This document shows positions 1 to 9,732 of a stretch of 64,000 nt of DNA, piece after piece (position 1 is the first letter of the stretch; each line of letters starts with the position of its first letter). Origin of the DNA: Tagaea sp. (GTDB lineage: Bacteria > Pseudomonadota > Alphaproteobacteria > CACIAM-22H2); NCBI GenBank assembly GCA_044378015.1, contig JBILXZ010000015.1, positions 3,013-67,012 of the forward strand, written 5' to 3'. The translations under genes were made by a program, and so were the position numbers. The notes under the pieces were generated by a model. The model saw only the letters and a program-made list of their open reading frames with translations, was not told where the DNA came from and made no database searches.

Positions 1-1384
1 AGACGGAGTCATTGAAGAAGGGTTGCATCGTGTGGATGTTGATCGGGTATTTCTCCTTCTGGCAGCGATCCCAGTAGGCGGTGTAGGGAAGCTGACGGAT
101 CTGCATATCGATCCCGATCTCAGCCAAGGCCGCCTGGATAAGCACCGCAGCAGCAACCCGTTGCGGAAAGCGCGTCGGGATCACAAGCGAAAACGACGGC
201 ACATTTCCCGCATACTTCGACGCCGCGACAAGATCCTTCGCGGCCTTCATGTCGGTCTCGTAGAGCGAAAACTCCTTGTAGCCGTGACCATCTTTTCCGA
301 TCGGCGCCTTGATTCGCGTGCCGTAGCCGAAGATCGTCTGCTGGATTATCGCGTCGTAGGGCACGGCTTTGATGATCGCTTCGCGGATCTTTTCGTCATC
401 GAACGGCGGCTTGGTGATGTCCATGCGCATCGCGACGACTTCCTGCGCAGCCGGCACCGACACGACCTTCAGCGCCGGGTCATTCTCGATGCCGCGCAAC
501 TGGTGCGGCGAAGGATAGTACACGATATCGACGCGCCCCGAGCGCAACAGCAGCATTCGGGCCTCGGCGTCCGGCACGATCCGATACTCGATCCGATTGT
601 AATGCGGCTTCACATCGCCCCAGTAGTTTTCACGCGCCCTGAGGATGATCGACTCACCCGGGGTCCAGGACTCGACAATATAAGGCCCGCTTCCCATCGG
701 ATTGCGCTGCATGAACCGGATTCCCCAGGGGTCGTCCGCCGTCGCGCGCGACGTAACGTGCTTCTTTGAAACGATGGCGGACATGCCCATCCACCAGTTC
801 ATCAAGCTCCAGCGCGTCATTGCGGTCTGGCTTCCCGCCGGGCCGAACTTGATGCGTGCCGTCCGCGCATCCACCAGCTCGTACTGGTCGCGCGAAAACT
901 CGCCGCCGGCATTGCTCTGGAACCCACGCAGAGCGAGCATGCGCTCGAAGGAATAGACAACGTCTTCCGCCGTAACCGGCGAACCGTCGGCAAATGTCGC
1001 GCCGGCCCGCAGCTTGAACGTGATGCTGCTTCGATCTGGTGCAACTTGCCACGACTCCGCGAGATCGCCGATTAGCTCATCGGACAGAAACGTATTCTTC
1101 GCGAGATCGACTTTCGACGTGACGAGCGTGCTGTAGACATTGGACGAAATCTCGCGTCCGAAGGTGTACGTTCGCAGCGGATCGAGGCCCTCGGGATCGT
1201 CGGGAACCGCGACGACAAGCGTCCTCGATGCCGAGACGGCCTGCGCCTGGGTTCCCGACGTGAAGCCGAATGCAGTTGCGGCTGCAACCAAGGCTGCGAC
1301 TGCGATCGACCGCAACGCGGATCTCTTTGCGGAGCTGCAGGCGGTCGGAGCCTGCGAGGTATCCATGCCTTCTGTCGTTGTCAT
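1..1384 (-). CDS. ABC transporter substrate-binding protein, family 5 (peptide/nickel type). The C-terminal end is cut off by the window start.
   Basis: Minus-strand translation from the ATG at 1384 gives MTTTEGMDTSQAPTA...LVVAVPDDPEGLDPLRTYTFGREISSNVY...GSGPYIVESWTPGESIILRAREN..., typical of DppA/OppA-like binding proteins. AAGGAGG lies 6 nt upstream of the ATG. It is the last gene of a minus-strand dpp-like operon. Confidence 0.85.
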   Translation of the reverse strand, partial: MTTTEGMDTSQAPTACSSAKRSALRSIAVAALVAAATAFGFTSGTQAQAVSASRTLVVAVPDDPEGLDPLRTYTFGREISSNVYSTLVTSKVDLAKNTFLSDELIGDLAESWQVAPDRSSITFKLRAGATFADGSPVTAEDVVYSFERMLALRGFQSNAGGEFSRDQYELVDARTARIKFGPAGSQTAMTRWSLMNWWMGMSAIVSKKHVTSRATADDPWGIRFMQRNPMGSGPYIVESWTPGESIILRARENYWGDVKPHYNRIEYRIVPDAEARMLLLRSGRVDIVYYPSPHQLRGIENDPALKVVSVPAAQEVVAMRMDITKPPFDDEKIREAIIKAVPYDAIIQQTIFGYGTRIKAPIGKDGHGYKEFSLYETDMKAAKDLVAASKYAGNVPSFSLVIPTRFPQRVAAAVLIQAALAEIGIDMQIRQLPYTAYWDRCQKEKYPINIHTMQPFFNDSV

Positions 1385-1410
1385 GTAGGCCTCCTTTGGT
1401 TGAACGGGAT

Positions 1411-2451
1411 TCATGGTTGAGAGTTGCCAAGTCTTGACGTTTTGGCCGACCAGCAGGCTGCGTCGTGTCGATCGCCGACCTGTCGCATCGGTGGCGTCGT
1501 CACGCAGGCATCCGTCGCCAACGGACAACGCAGTCGCAATTGGCAAGCGGCAGCACCTGTGCGGCGTGTCGCCGTATCGGACAGCAATCGAAAATCTCTC
1601 TCGTGCGTCCGGCGCAGGCGCGGAACCGCATCGACAAGCGCGCGCGTATAAGGATGCGCGGGATCCGCGACGACTGTCTCCGTGCTTCCAGTTTCGACAA
1701 CGCGTCCAAGATACATCACCATCAAGCGTCGGCACATGTAGCGAACGACGCCGACATCGTGGGAGATAAGCACGAAAGAAACCGAACGACGCTCCTGGAT
1801 CTCGCGCAGTGTGCGCAGCACTTGCGCCTGCACCGACACGTCGAGCGCTGAGGTGGGCTCGTCGAGAACAATGATGTTCGGTTCGCAGGCAAGCGCGCGC
1901 ATGATGCTAACCCGCTGCTTCTGCCCGCCGCTCAATTGGTGCGGGTAGCGATCGATGTGGTCATCACGCAGGCCGACGAGTGCCGCCAATTCAAGCAGGC
2001 GTCCGCGCCGCTCACCTTTGCTTCCGAAGTTATAGTTTTTCAGCGCCTCCGACACAAAGCTGCCGACGGTCATGCGGGGATTGAGTGCGTTGTCCGGGTT
2101 TTGGAAGACGATCTGAACGCGCCGACGGAAATCGCGTCGCTCTTCGCGGGTCATTGTCGCAATGTCGCGTCCGTCGAATTCGATGACGCCGACATCAGAA
2201 GGCAGCAGCCCCGCTATGCATCGCCCAAGCGTGGTCTTCCCTGACCCGCTTTCGCCGACGATTCCGATCGTCTCTCCTGGCATGAGATCAAACGAAATAT
2301 CGTGGCAACCGGGTGCGAGCATGCCAGCACTCGCGCTTCGTCCGAATGATTTGCTCAGACCTCGAACGGCAAGAACCGGCGAGGTATCCGTCATGGTCGC
2401 TGCAGCTTTCGGAACGAGGTCGGTCATGGAGTAGCGCTCTGCGCAGGCCAT
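1411..2451 (-). CDS. Oligopeptide/dipeptide ABC transporter ATP-binding protein (DppF/OppF-like)
   Basis: Walker A GESGSGKTTL, signature LSGGQKQRVSIMRAL, and a Cys-rich oligopeptide C-terminal extension. Confidence 0.9.
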   Translation of the reverse strand: MACAERYSMTDLVPKAAATMTDTSPVLAVRGLSKSFGRSASAGMLAPGCHDISFDLMPGETIGIVGESGSGKTTLGRCIAGLLPSDVGVIEFDGRDIATMTREERRDFRRRVQIVFQNPDNALNPRMTVGSFVSEALKNYNFGSKGERRGRLLELAALVGLRDDHIDRYPHQLSGGQKQRVSIMRALACEPNIIVLDEPTSALDVSVQAQVLRTLREIQERRSVSFVLISHDVGVVRYMCRRLMVMYLGRVVETGSTETVVADPAHPYTRALVDAVPRLRRTHERDFRLLSDTATRRTGAAACQLRLRCPLATDACVTTPPMRQVGDRHDAACWSAKTSRLGNSQP

Positions 2452-3461
2452 TTGGCTTGATGCTCGCGCTGCATACCGGGCACGGTTCCGACTTTGCTGC
2501 GTTTTGGAATGACGCAGCGTACGAGACGGTCACCGACTGCAATCAGATCGGGTACACGAGCTTTGCAATCAGTATCGACATGCGGGCAACGCATCGCAAA
2601 ACGGCAGCCGGCGCCGAACGCGCCGGGCCTCGGAGACGAACCCGTCAGCGGTATCAATTCGCGCGGCTCATCGACGTCGGGAATGGCTTGGAGAAGCGAC
2701 AGCGTATAAGGGTGTTGCGGCGCCTTGAAAATGCTTGCCGTCGGGCCGGTCTCGACCACGTGCCCGGCATGCATGATCGCCACACGATCACAGTTGTTTG
2801 CGACCAGTCCCAGATTGTGGGTAATCAGCACGAGGCTCATGTCGCGCTGGCGGCAAAGCGACAATAGAAGCTGGATGACGTCGCGCTCCGTGGTTACGTC
2901 GAGTGCCGTGGTCGGTTCGTCGGCAATAAGAACCAAGGGCTCAGATGCAAGAGCAATGGTCATGGCAACGCGTTGCGCTTGCCCGCCGCTGAGCTCGTGT
3001 GGGTATCTCGTTCCAATTTCTTGGCTTGGCAAACCCACAGACTCGAGCAGCACATCGATCGCCGATCGGCGAGCTTGCTGGGCATGTCCGCGATAGCGCA
3101 AGATGCGGTCGATCTGTGCGTGGACGCGCATGAACGGGTTTAGCGCGCTTCGACCGTTCTGCAGCAGAAGGCATATACCGCGGCCGAGATGGCTGCGCAG
3201 CGCTTGCGTTTCGCCCGCCGAACAGCTTCGCCCGCCGAAGTAGATGCTCCCCGAGGCTGCCCGTATCGCCGGTGGCAGGAGCCCGACGCTGGCGCGCATC
3301 GAAAGGCTCTTGCCGGCGCCTGTCTCTCCCACAAGGCCGAGAACCTCCCCTTTGGACAAACTGATGTTGAAGTCATCCACGAGGTTCAGCGGACGTCCAT
3401 CCGCCATCGCTTCGACGCGCAGTCCTTCGACCACGAAGATTGGGCGATCATCAACCGCCAT
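2424..3461 (-). CDS. Oligopeptide/dipeptide ABC transporter ATP-binding protein (DppD/OppD-like)
   Basis: GETGAGKS Walker A, LSGGQAQRVAMTIAL signature. Overlaps the downstream ATPase gene by 28 nt. Confidence 0.9.
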   Translation of the reverse strand: MAVDDRPIFVVEGLRVEAMADGRPLNLVDDFNISLSKGEVLGLVGETGAGKSLSMRASVGLLPPAIRAASGSIYFGGRSCSAGETQALRSHLGRGICLLLQNGRSALNPFMRVHAQIDRILRYRGHAQQARRSAIDVLLESVGLPSQEIGTRYPHELSGGQAQRVAMTIALASEPLVLIADEPTTALDVTTERDVIQLLLSLCRQRDMSLVLITHNLGLVANNCDRVAIMHAGHVVETGPTASIFKAPQHPYTLSLLQAIPDVDEPRELIPLTGSSPRPGAFGAGCRFAMRCPHVDTDCKARVPDLIAVGDRLVRCVIPKRSKVGTVPGMQREHQAKWPAQSATP

Positions 3462-3463
3462 GG

Positions 3464-4363
3464 CTACGTCGCCCTTCGCCGTGGATCAAGGTGGTCCTGC
3501 AGCGCGTCGCCCAGGAGAGTGAAGGCGAAGACCGTTGCCGCGAGGGCAATTCCAGGGAAGACGCTCAGCCACCATGCCCCGGCAATCAAGTGCTTGGCTC
3601 CCTCCGCCACCATGACGCCAAGTTCGGGCGTCGGCGGGTTAATCCCAATCCCGAGAAACGAGAGTGCTGCGACATTCAGAACAGCCCAGGCAAGACTGAG
3701 CGTGGCTTGAACCAAGATTGGGCCGAGTATGTTCGGGAGAAGATGCACGGCGAAAATGCGCAACCCGGACGCGCCAGAACACCGCGCCGCGTCGATATAC
3801 TCCAACTGCTTTTTCGACTGTATGTCACTGCGCGCTAGGCGGGCGAAGATCGGCACGTTCACGATCGCCGTGACCAAGATGACGTTGAGCAGACCAACGC
3901 CAAGGAACATTACAAGGGCCATCGCCAAAATGAGCATGGGAAACGATTGAACAATGTCAATAACGCGCATGAAGATGTCGTCGAACCAACCGCCCACAAA
4001 CCCTGCTGCACCGCCAATCGCGACGCCCATCCCGGCCGCTGCTGCCACGGCAGCGATCGCAATGAAGAAGTCGAGACGAAAGGCGAATAGGACTCGCGAG
4101 AACGTGTCCCGCCCGAATTGATCGGTGCCGAACAGGTGTACCCAAGAAGGCGCCTGAAAAGTTTCTATCGTCGGTCGGAGTGGGTCGTGCGGCGCAAGTG
4201 CCGGGGAGAAAAGCGCCAGCAACACAAGGCACAACACAAGAGCGCCCCCCACTGCAGCAAGCGGGTCGCGCCGGATTTGGCGGACGACAACTGTTCGAAT
4301 TCCATCCGTCTGCGCCGGCGCAGCGGTGTTGTCTTGCTTTGAGGCAGTGCGGCCGGCGCTCAT
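3464..4363 (-). CDS. ABC transporter permease (DppC-like)
   Basis: Binding-protein-dependent inner-membrane component with multiple TM helices. ATG at 4363 overlaps the TGA of the upstream permease (ATGA coupling). The longer track ORF reaching 4531 is an in-frame upstream extension that runs inside the neighbouring gene. Confidence 0.85.
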   Translation of the reverse strand: MSAGRTASKQDNTAAPAQTDGIRTVVVRQIRRDPLAAVGGALVLCLVLLALFSPALAPHDPLRPTIETFQAPSWVHLFGTDQFGRDTFSRVLFAFRLDFFIAIAAVAAAAGMGVAIGGAAGFVGGWFDDIFMRVIDIVQSFPMLILAMALVMFLGVGLLNVILVTAIVNVPIFARLARSDIQSKKQLEYIDAARCSGASGLRIFAVHLLPNILGPILVQATLSLAWAVLNVAALSFLGIGINPPTPELGVMVAEGAKHLIAGAWWLSVFPGIALAATVFAFTLLGDALQDHLDPRRRAT

Positions 4364-5451
4364 TTCGACCAAAGTCCAAGACGAATTCGAGGGTCGATTG
4401 CGGCGTTGGCGAGATCGACCAGCAGATTGGCGACCGCTACCGTGATACCAAGAATCAATAGAATCGCATTGATCGGAGCCATGTCGTTGGCGAGAATCGC
4501 TTGCACTGCGTAGCGACCGATCCCAGGCCATGCAAAGACGGACTCGACCAAAGCGTTGCCGGCGACAAGATAGCCGATCAAATAGCCGACAACCGTTAGC
4601 AAAGGCACAATTGAGCCTTGAAACGCATCTCGAAGAACGACCTCGCGCTCGGGCACGCCGGTCGCTCGGGCAAAAAGGATGTAGTCCTCCTGCAGCGCTT
4701 CTGACATCGCCGACCGCGTCATCCGGGAGATTGGCGCGACTAGAGATATGCCGAGCACGAGCGATGGCAGAAATAGCGACGCAGCTGCGGCGCTAAAGAC
4801 TTTCAGGTCGCCGGCCAGCGCCGCATCAATCGTCAGGAATCCCGTGACAGAGGCCGGCGAGAAAACGCCGGGCGTCAGACGGCCCAATGGCGGGGGGACC
4901 CAGTCCAGTACGTAAGAAAAAACAAAGATGGAAACGAGCCCGGTCCAAAACACTGGCGCCGAAAGCGCGCCAATACTGAACAGCCGGGCGACATGGTCGA
5001 TTGGAGTGTTTCGATGTACTGCTGAGGCCATTCCAAGCGGCACGCCGAGGCCAATCGCGATAACGAGTGCGAAGATCGAAAGCTCAAGGCTTGCCGGCAA
5101 TCGGCGGACAATGTCCTCTTCGACGGGCGTGCCCGTATTGTACGACCAGCCGAGATTGCCGCGCGCGATGGCTGCGACATAGTTGACGTATTGGACGTGC
5201 AGTGGCCGATCGAGCCCCATCTCGGCGCGCATTTGCGCCAACTCCGCCTCACTTGCTTGAGGAAAACGGCTCGAAACGGGATCTCCCGGAAGAAGATACA
5301 CCGTAGTAAAGGACACAAAACTGATTCCGATAACGGTTATGAGCGCGAGTGCCAGGCGCCGAGCGACGTAACTGGCCGCTGGCTTCAAGATCCAGTTCCG
5401 ATGGCCAAAGAACTTTCGTTGCCAACGCGACATTTCCAACAAACCCATCAA
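4360..5451 (-). CDS. ABC transporter permease (DppB-like)
   Basis: TM-rich permease with the LPGDP motif near the N-terminus. First gene of the operon, sitting next to the AT-rich divergent promoter region 5452..5726. Confidence 0.85.
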   Translation of the reverse strand: MMGLLEMSRWQRKFFGHRNWILKPAASYVARRLALALITVIGISFVSFTTVYLLPGDPVSSRFPQASEAELAQMRAEMGLDRPLHVQYVNYVAAIARGNLGWSYNTGTPVEEDIVRRLPASLELSIFALVIAIGLGVPLGMASAVHRNTPIDHVARLFSIGALSAPVFWTGLVSIFVFSYVLDWVPPPLGRLTPGVFSPASVTGFLTIDAALAGDLKVFSAAAASLFLPSLVLGISLVAPISRMTRSAMSEALQEDYILFARATGVPEREVVLRDAFQGSIVPLLTVVGYLIGYLVAGNALVESVFAWPGIGRYAVQAILANDMAPINAILLILGITVAVANLLVDLANAAIDPRIRLGLWSK

Positions 5452-5712
5452 AACATTGAGAACTCATCCTGCAAAAAATCCATGAGTATTAGTATACAGC
5501 GCTTATGAACAATGTCGATAAATTTTTGCATACAAAAGACGTTCCTTTATTGGGCAAAATGTCACTTTGTGTGCCTAAAATTTGGCCGATGCAATGATTC
5601 TTCGACGGATTTTGAAGGTAACTATATACATCTGATCTAATATTGAATACAAAGTAATGAAGATATAGTATGCGATCTGAACAAGTCTAGATTTCGTACA
5701 GACCCAGAATCA

Positions 5713-5720
5713 GGTATACC
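5713..5720. promoter_or_regulatory. Candidate GntR-type operator core GGTATACC immediately upstream of the regulator's start codon
   Basis: Perfect 8-bp palindrome of the GT-N-AC type, 6 nt upstream of the ATG at 5727, inside an AT-rich divergent promoter region. Confidence 0.35.
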
Positions 5721-5726
5721 GTTGCG

Positions 5727-6509
5727 ATGTCATCAATGAAATTTCACAAAACGAGCAACGCAAAGCGACCGCGACTTAAGCAACGCAGCATTGATGTGGT
5801 GACGGAAAAAGAGACCGCTCCTGGGTCGCGGGTGCACAGCGTCTATCGCGCACTGTGGCGCGCTATCATCGAGCAAGCGCTGCAGCCGGGCATGAAGCTT
5901 CCCGAGGACACGATCGGAGAGCAGCTCGGTGTCAGTCGAACGCTTGTGCGCGAAGCGCTTAGCCGGTTAGCGATCGAAGGCCTCGTTGAGTTGAAGCCCA
6001 ACCGCGGTGCTTCGGTGGCCCACCCCACGATCGAGGAAGCCCGCGAAGTGTTCGACGTTCGGTGCGGGCTCGAGAGAACCGTCGTTTCACTGCTAGCGGG
6101 TCGCTTATCGGCACAGCAACTGACGATTCTCGACGCTCATGTTCAATTGGAGGAAGCAGCTCAAGGCCGCGGTGGGGCGGATTCGATACGGCTGGCCGGC
6201 GAGTTCCACGTCAAGCTGGCTGAGATGACCGGAAATGCGTTGTTGCAGCGTTACATCCTGGAGGTGAGCTCGCGCTGCACGCTCGTGCTTGCGATTTACA
6301 GCCGACCGCATTCCTCCGAATGTGCGGTTTCGGAGCACCGCCAGATCATTGCTGCGCTTCGAGTCGGCGATGTAAACGAGGCCGCGCGCCTGATGGAGCA
6401 CCATCTTCAGGCCGTGGCGACGCGCGCGCTGCTAGCGCCTCGCGCAAGCAAAGAAATCGCCGATCTTCTTGCGCCATATGCCGAGGGTGAGGGCCTTCGG
6501 CCATGGTGA
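5727..6509 (+). CDS. GntR family transcriptional regulator (FadR/FCD subfamily)
   Basis: HTH region GEQLGVSRTLVREALSRLAIEGLV plus an FCD-type C-terminal domain. Divergent from the dpp-like operon. Confidence 0.85.
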   Translation: MSSMKFHKTSNAKRPRLKQRSIDVVTEKETAPGSRVHSVYRALWRAIIEQALQPGMKLPEDTIGEQLGVSRTLVREALSRLAIEGLVELKPNRGASVAHPTIEEAREVFDVRCGLERTVVSLLAGRLSAQQLTILDAHVQLEEAAQGRGGADSIRLAGEFHVKLAEMTGNALLQRYILEVSSRCTLVLAIYSRPHSSECAVSEHRQIIAALRVGDVNEAARLMEHHLQAVATRALLAPRASKEIADLLAPYAEGEGLRPW

Positions 6510-7189
6510 ATCCTCCGGACCCGCGTGCAGCAAAGATTAGCACGCCACATGGCGTGGATTTTGGGGCGCTGAGCCCGCGCGAACGCTACAAGCTCCTTAT
6601 CGGCTCGATCGTGCCGCGCCCAATAGCCCTTGTGACGACGGTAAGCGCAAAAGGGGTTTTCAATGCCGCTCCGTTCAGCTTTTTCAACTGCCTGTCGGCC
6701 GACCCGGCGATCCTCGCTCTTGGAGTCGAGTACCGTGCCGACGGCCAACAGAAAGATACGGGACGAAACGTTCGCGACACCCAATGTTTCACAGTCAATA
6801 TCGTCTCGGCGGCACTTACCGAGAGCATGAATGTTTGCGCGGTGCCTTTCGCCCCTGGGATCGATGAATTGGAACGCGCCAACCTTACTGCCGTTCCCGG
6901 CGTGCGGGTGCGCTGCCCCTGGATCGGCGAAAGCCCTGCTGCCTTTGAATGTCGCCATCACACGACGCTATCCATCGGACATTCGCGGGAAATCATACTC
7001 GGGGAAGTGCTTTACGCCCACTTTCGCAAGGACGTTATCGACACGACCAACCATTACATCGACCCCAGCGCACTCGACGCAATCGGCCGCATGGGTGGAC
7101 ATGGCTACGTTAGAACGCGCGACTATTTCGAGCTGCCGACAATGACCGTCGATGAGTGGAGTATCCGACAAACCACCGATCGACGGTAA
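6503..7189 (+). CDS. Flavin reductase-like (FMN-binding split-barrel) protein
   Basis: PRPIALVTT...NAAPFSFFN motif of flavin reductase domain proteins. Overlaps the GntR gene by 7 nt. Confidence 0.8.
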   Translation: MVNPPDPRAAKISTPHGVDFGALSPRERYKLLIGSIVPRPIALVTTVSAKGVFNAAPFSFFNCLSADPAILALGVEYRADGQQKDTGRNVRDTQCFTVNIVSAALTESMNVCAVPFAPGIDELERANLTAVPGVRVRCPWIGESPAAFECRHHTTLSIGHSREIILGEVLYAHFRKDVIDTTNHYIDPSALDAIGRMGGHGYVRTRDYFELPTMTVDEWSIRQTTDRR

Positions 7190-7336
7190 CACCGCTGTTC
7201 GCCGTCAGCGCCGATAAGACAGATTGCGTAATTTGGGTACTAGCGTGTCTCCCGCTCTAGGCCGTGCCTTAATACGTGGACACGAAGTTAAGCTACACGA
7301 AAATTCGCTTCAAAGGCGCATTTGGTAAATAGTGCC

Positions 7337-7394
7337 TACTTTCATCCGCACTGGCGTGCCGTAGTGGATGTAAGTGAGAACCTATGGCGGGCGG
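7337..7394 (+). repeat. Copy 1 of a ~58-bp nested-hairpin intergenic repeat
   Basis: ctactttcatccgcactggcgtgccgtagtggatgtaagtgagaacctatggcgggcgg. Near-identical to the copies at 16591 and 56557. Outer inverted repeat TCTCACTT/AAGTGAGA with inner hairpin CGCCACTGGCG. Confidence 0.8.
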
Positions 7395-7537
7395 TTAATG
7401 CTCGGAAGGCCGATTAACGCTCGGCCAACAAAAATGTGCATTGGTAGGCCAAATTTGCCGTTTCTCGTGGATCGGAAGGATCCGTGTTGCCGGCGAGGTC
7501 TGGGCAACAAACACCCAAAATGAAATGCTAGACCGAA

Positions 7538-8320
7538 TTGGTAAGGCCACTTGACAGGCCTGACCAGATATGGCCTACTTGCCACATGACCAAGAGCGCT
7601 CCGAAAGCCGCCCTCAATCGCCTCGCGATCGTGCGCCCCAAGCGCCTGTACGAACAGATTGCCGAACAGATCGAAGGTCTCATACGCGGCGGCGCGTTTC
7701 TCGAAGGCGGCCGCTTGCCGTCGGAGCGCGAGTTGGCCGAGCAGCTCGGTGTCAGTCGGCCGTCGATCCGCGAAGCGCTGATTGCGCTCGAAGCGGCCAA
7801 TCTCATCGAAACGCGCGTCGGCGACGGAACCTATGTCCGCAATGGCCCAAGCACCTTGCCGGTTTTTCCGCTCGGTTCGTCCGACGATATGGGCCCTGGC
7901 ACGCTCGAACAATTCGAAGCGCGGCGCGCGGTCGAATGCTCGGTCGCCGAACTTGCCGCAAGACGTGCAACGGCAGCCGAAATCGGGATGCTGCGTAATT
8001 GCGTAGTCCGCATGCGCGCGAAGATTGCAGCCGGGGATCCGCCGGCCAAGGAGCATCTCGAGTTCCACACGCGCTTGGCCGAAGCCGCCCGCAATTCGAT
8101 CCTTGCCGGGGCGGTGCGCGAATTGTGGCGCCTGCGCCAGGGGCCTATGTGGGATCTGCTGCGCCGCCATGTCGAAAATGCCGAAAGCTGGGATCGCGGC
8201 CTCGAGTTTCGCGAGCGCCTGATCGCCGCCCTCGCGGACCGCGACGCAGCACGCGCACGCAAAGAGATGCAACGCCATTTTGACCGGGTCGGAAAACTCT
8301 ATTTCGAAACCAAAATCTGA
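7538..8320 (+). CDS. GntR family transcriptional regulator (FCD domain). The true start is probably at 7586 (MTKSAPK).
   Basis: ELAEQLGVSRPSIREALIALEAANLIE HTH plus FCD C-terminus. Two ATTGGTA(A)GGCCA direct repeats (7437..7452, 7536..7552) lie upstream. Confidence 0.85.
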   Translation: MVRPLDRPDQIWPTCHMTKSAPKAALNRLAIVRPKRLYEQIAEQIEGLIRGGAFLEGGRLPSERELAEQLGVSRPSIREALIALEAANLIETRVGDGTYVRNGPSTLPVFPLGSSDDMGPGTLEQFEARRAVECSVAELAARRATAAEIGMLRNCVVRMRAKIAAGDPPAKEHLEFHTRLAEAARNSILAGAVRELWRLRQGPMWDLLRRHVENAESWDRGLEFRERLIAALADRDAARARKEMQRHFDRVGKLYFETKI

Positions 8321-8359
8321 ACGGCGCGATCAACGCGCCCAACAACGGGAGAAACGCAG

Positions 8360-9676
8360 ATGGCCTTCGACACGACGCGACGCGCGGCCCTCCTGGGCGC
8401 AAGCGCTCTGGCAATCCCAGCGGTCTGGCGACGCGCCGACGCCCAAGTGCCGACGACCGTTACGATGTGGACGTTTCTCGATCCGTCGCGGCCGGGCGGG
8501 CGCGAGTCCGCGCTCAAGCAAATGATCGAATCGTTCGAAGCCAGAAATCCGACCGTCAAAATCCGCGTCGAGCCGCAAGTCTGGACCACGCTCGCCGAAA
8601 AATTCGTGCTTGGCCACAATACGCGCAATGCGCCCGACATTTGCTGGGTCAATGCCGAAAATCTCGGGCTCATTCTCAACACCGATGCGGCTGCCGATCT
8701 CAAACCGCTGGTGCTCGATACCTGGTCGGCCGAGCGGCGCGCCGATCTGGCCGTGCCCGCCGCGATCGACGCCGTGACGGTCGATCGGCGTGTTCTCGCA
8801 ATGCCATTGATGGCGATTACCTGGACGCTCATGTACCGACGCGACCTGCTGGCCCAAGCCGGGTTGGCGCCCGACAGCCTCAAAACTTGGGACGGCGTGC
8901 TCGAAGCGGCCAAACGCATGACGCGCGACACCAACGGCGACGGAAATCCCGACATTTGGGGCCTCGGCCTCGGCCTTGCGACCGAGCGGTTCTCGGCCAC
9001 GCCGGCCGTTCTTGCGACGGTCGGCGCACAGAACGGCATCTTCGGTGACAAGTGTCGTGCGCGTCTTGCAACCCAAGACGCGGAACGGGCATTGGTGTGG
9101 CAAAGCGACCTCATCACCAAACATCGTGTGACGCCACGCGAAGCGATCGCGATGACGTCGGACGACGCGATCGACCAGTTCGCCGCCGGCCGCTACGGCA
9201 TGATGATCATCGCCAACAGCCGGTTCGAGCAGATCCAGCGCACAGCCGCAGGCTGGAACAAAGACGATCTGGCGCAAGTCGGTATGCCCGGCTGGACGGC
9301 CGACAAGGCCGGCCCCACCGTCATTACCGGCTGGTTCGCGGTTGCGTGGCGCAATTCGCCGCGCCTGCGCGACGCGGCCCGCTTCATCGACCATATGGCC
9401 AGCCCCGACGCGATGGCACTGTGGAACGCGCCCGGCGGCCAGGTTCCGATGCTCAAGAGCCTGGCGGCTTCGCCGCGCATGCAGGAACCGGCCAATGCCC
9501 CGCTAAAGCTCGTGTCCGAACATTTCGCCAGCAGCGGCTTCATGATGCCGGGCCAATGCAATTGGTCGCGCACCTTTGCCGACTTCAATCTGGCGACGCA
9601 GCAAGTCGTGCTCGGCCAACGCTCGCCCAGCGACGCGCTGCGCCAGGCCGAACGCGCCACCCAAGAACGCCAATAG
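8360..9676 (+). CDS. ABC transporter substrate-binding protein (family 1, sugar type)
   Basis: Tat/Sec-like signal MAFDTTRRAALLGASALAIPAVWRRADAQ and the ~440-aa size typical of sugar-binding proteins. First of a four-gene ABC cassette. Confidence 0.85.
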   Translation: MAFDTTRRAALLGASALAIPAVWRRADAQVPTTVTMWTFLDPSRPGGRESALKQMIESFEARNPTVKIRVEPQVWTTLAEKFVLGHNTRNAPDICWVNAENLGLILNTDAAADLKPLVLDTWSAERRADLAVPAAIDAVTVDRRVLAMPLMAITWTLMYRRDLLAQAGLAPDSLKTWDGVLEAAKRMTRDTNGDGNPDIWGLGLGLATERFSATPAVLATVGAQNGIFGDKCRARLATQDAERALVWQSDLITKHRVTPREAIAMTSDDAIDQFAAGRYGMMIIANSRFEQIQRTAAGWNKDDLAQVGMPGWTADKAGPTVITGWFAVAWRNSPRLRDAARFIDHMASPDAMALWNAPGGQVPMLKSLAASPRMQEPANAPLKLVSEHFASSGFMMPGQCNWSRTFADFNLATQQVVLGQRSPSDALRQAERATQERQ

Positions 9677-9732
9677 AAGGAATCGCCGGGCGGCGGGCAA
9701 CCGCCGCCCGGCTTCCGGAAGACACAAACCGC

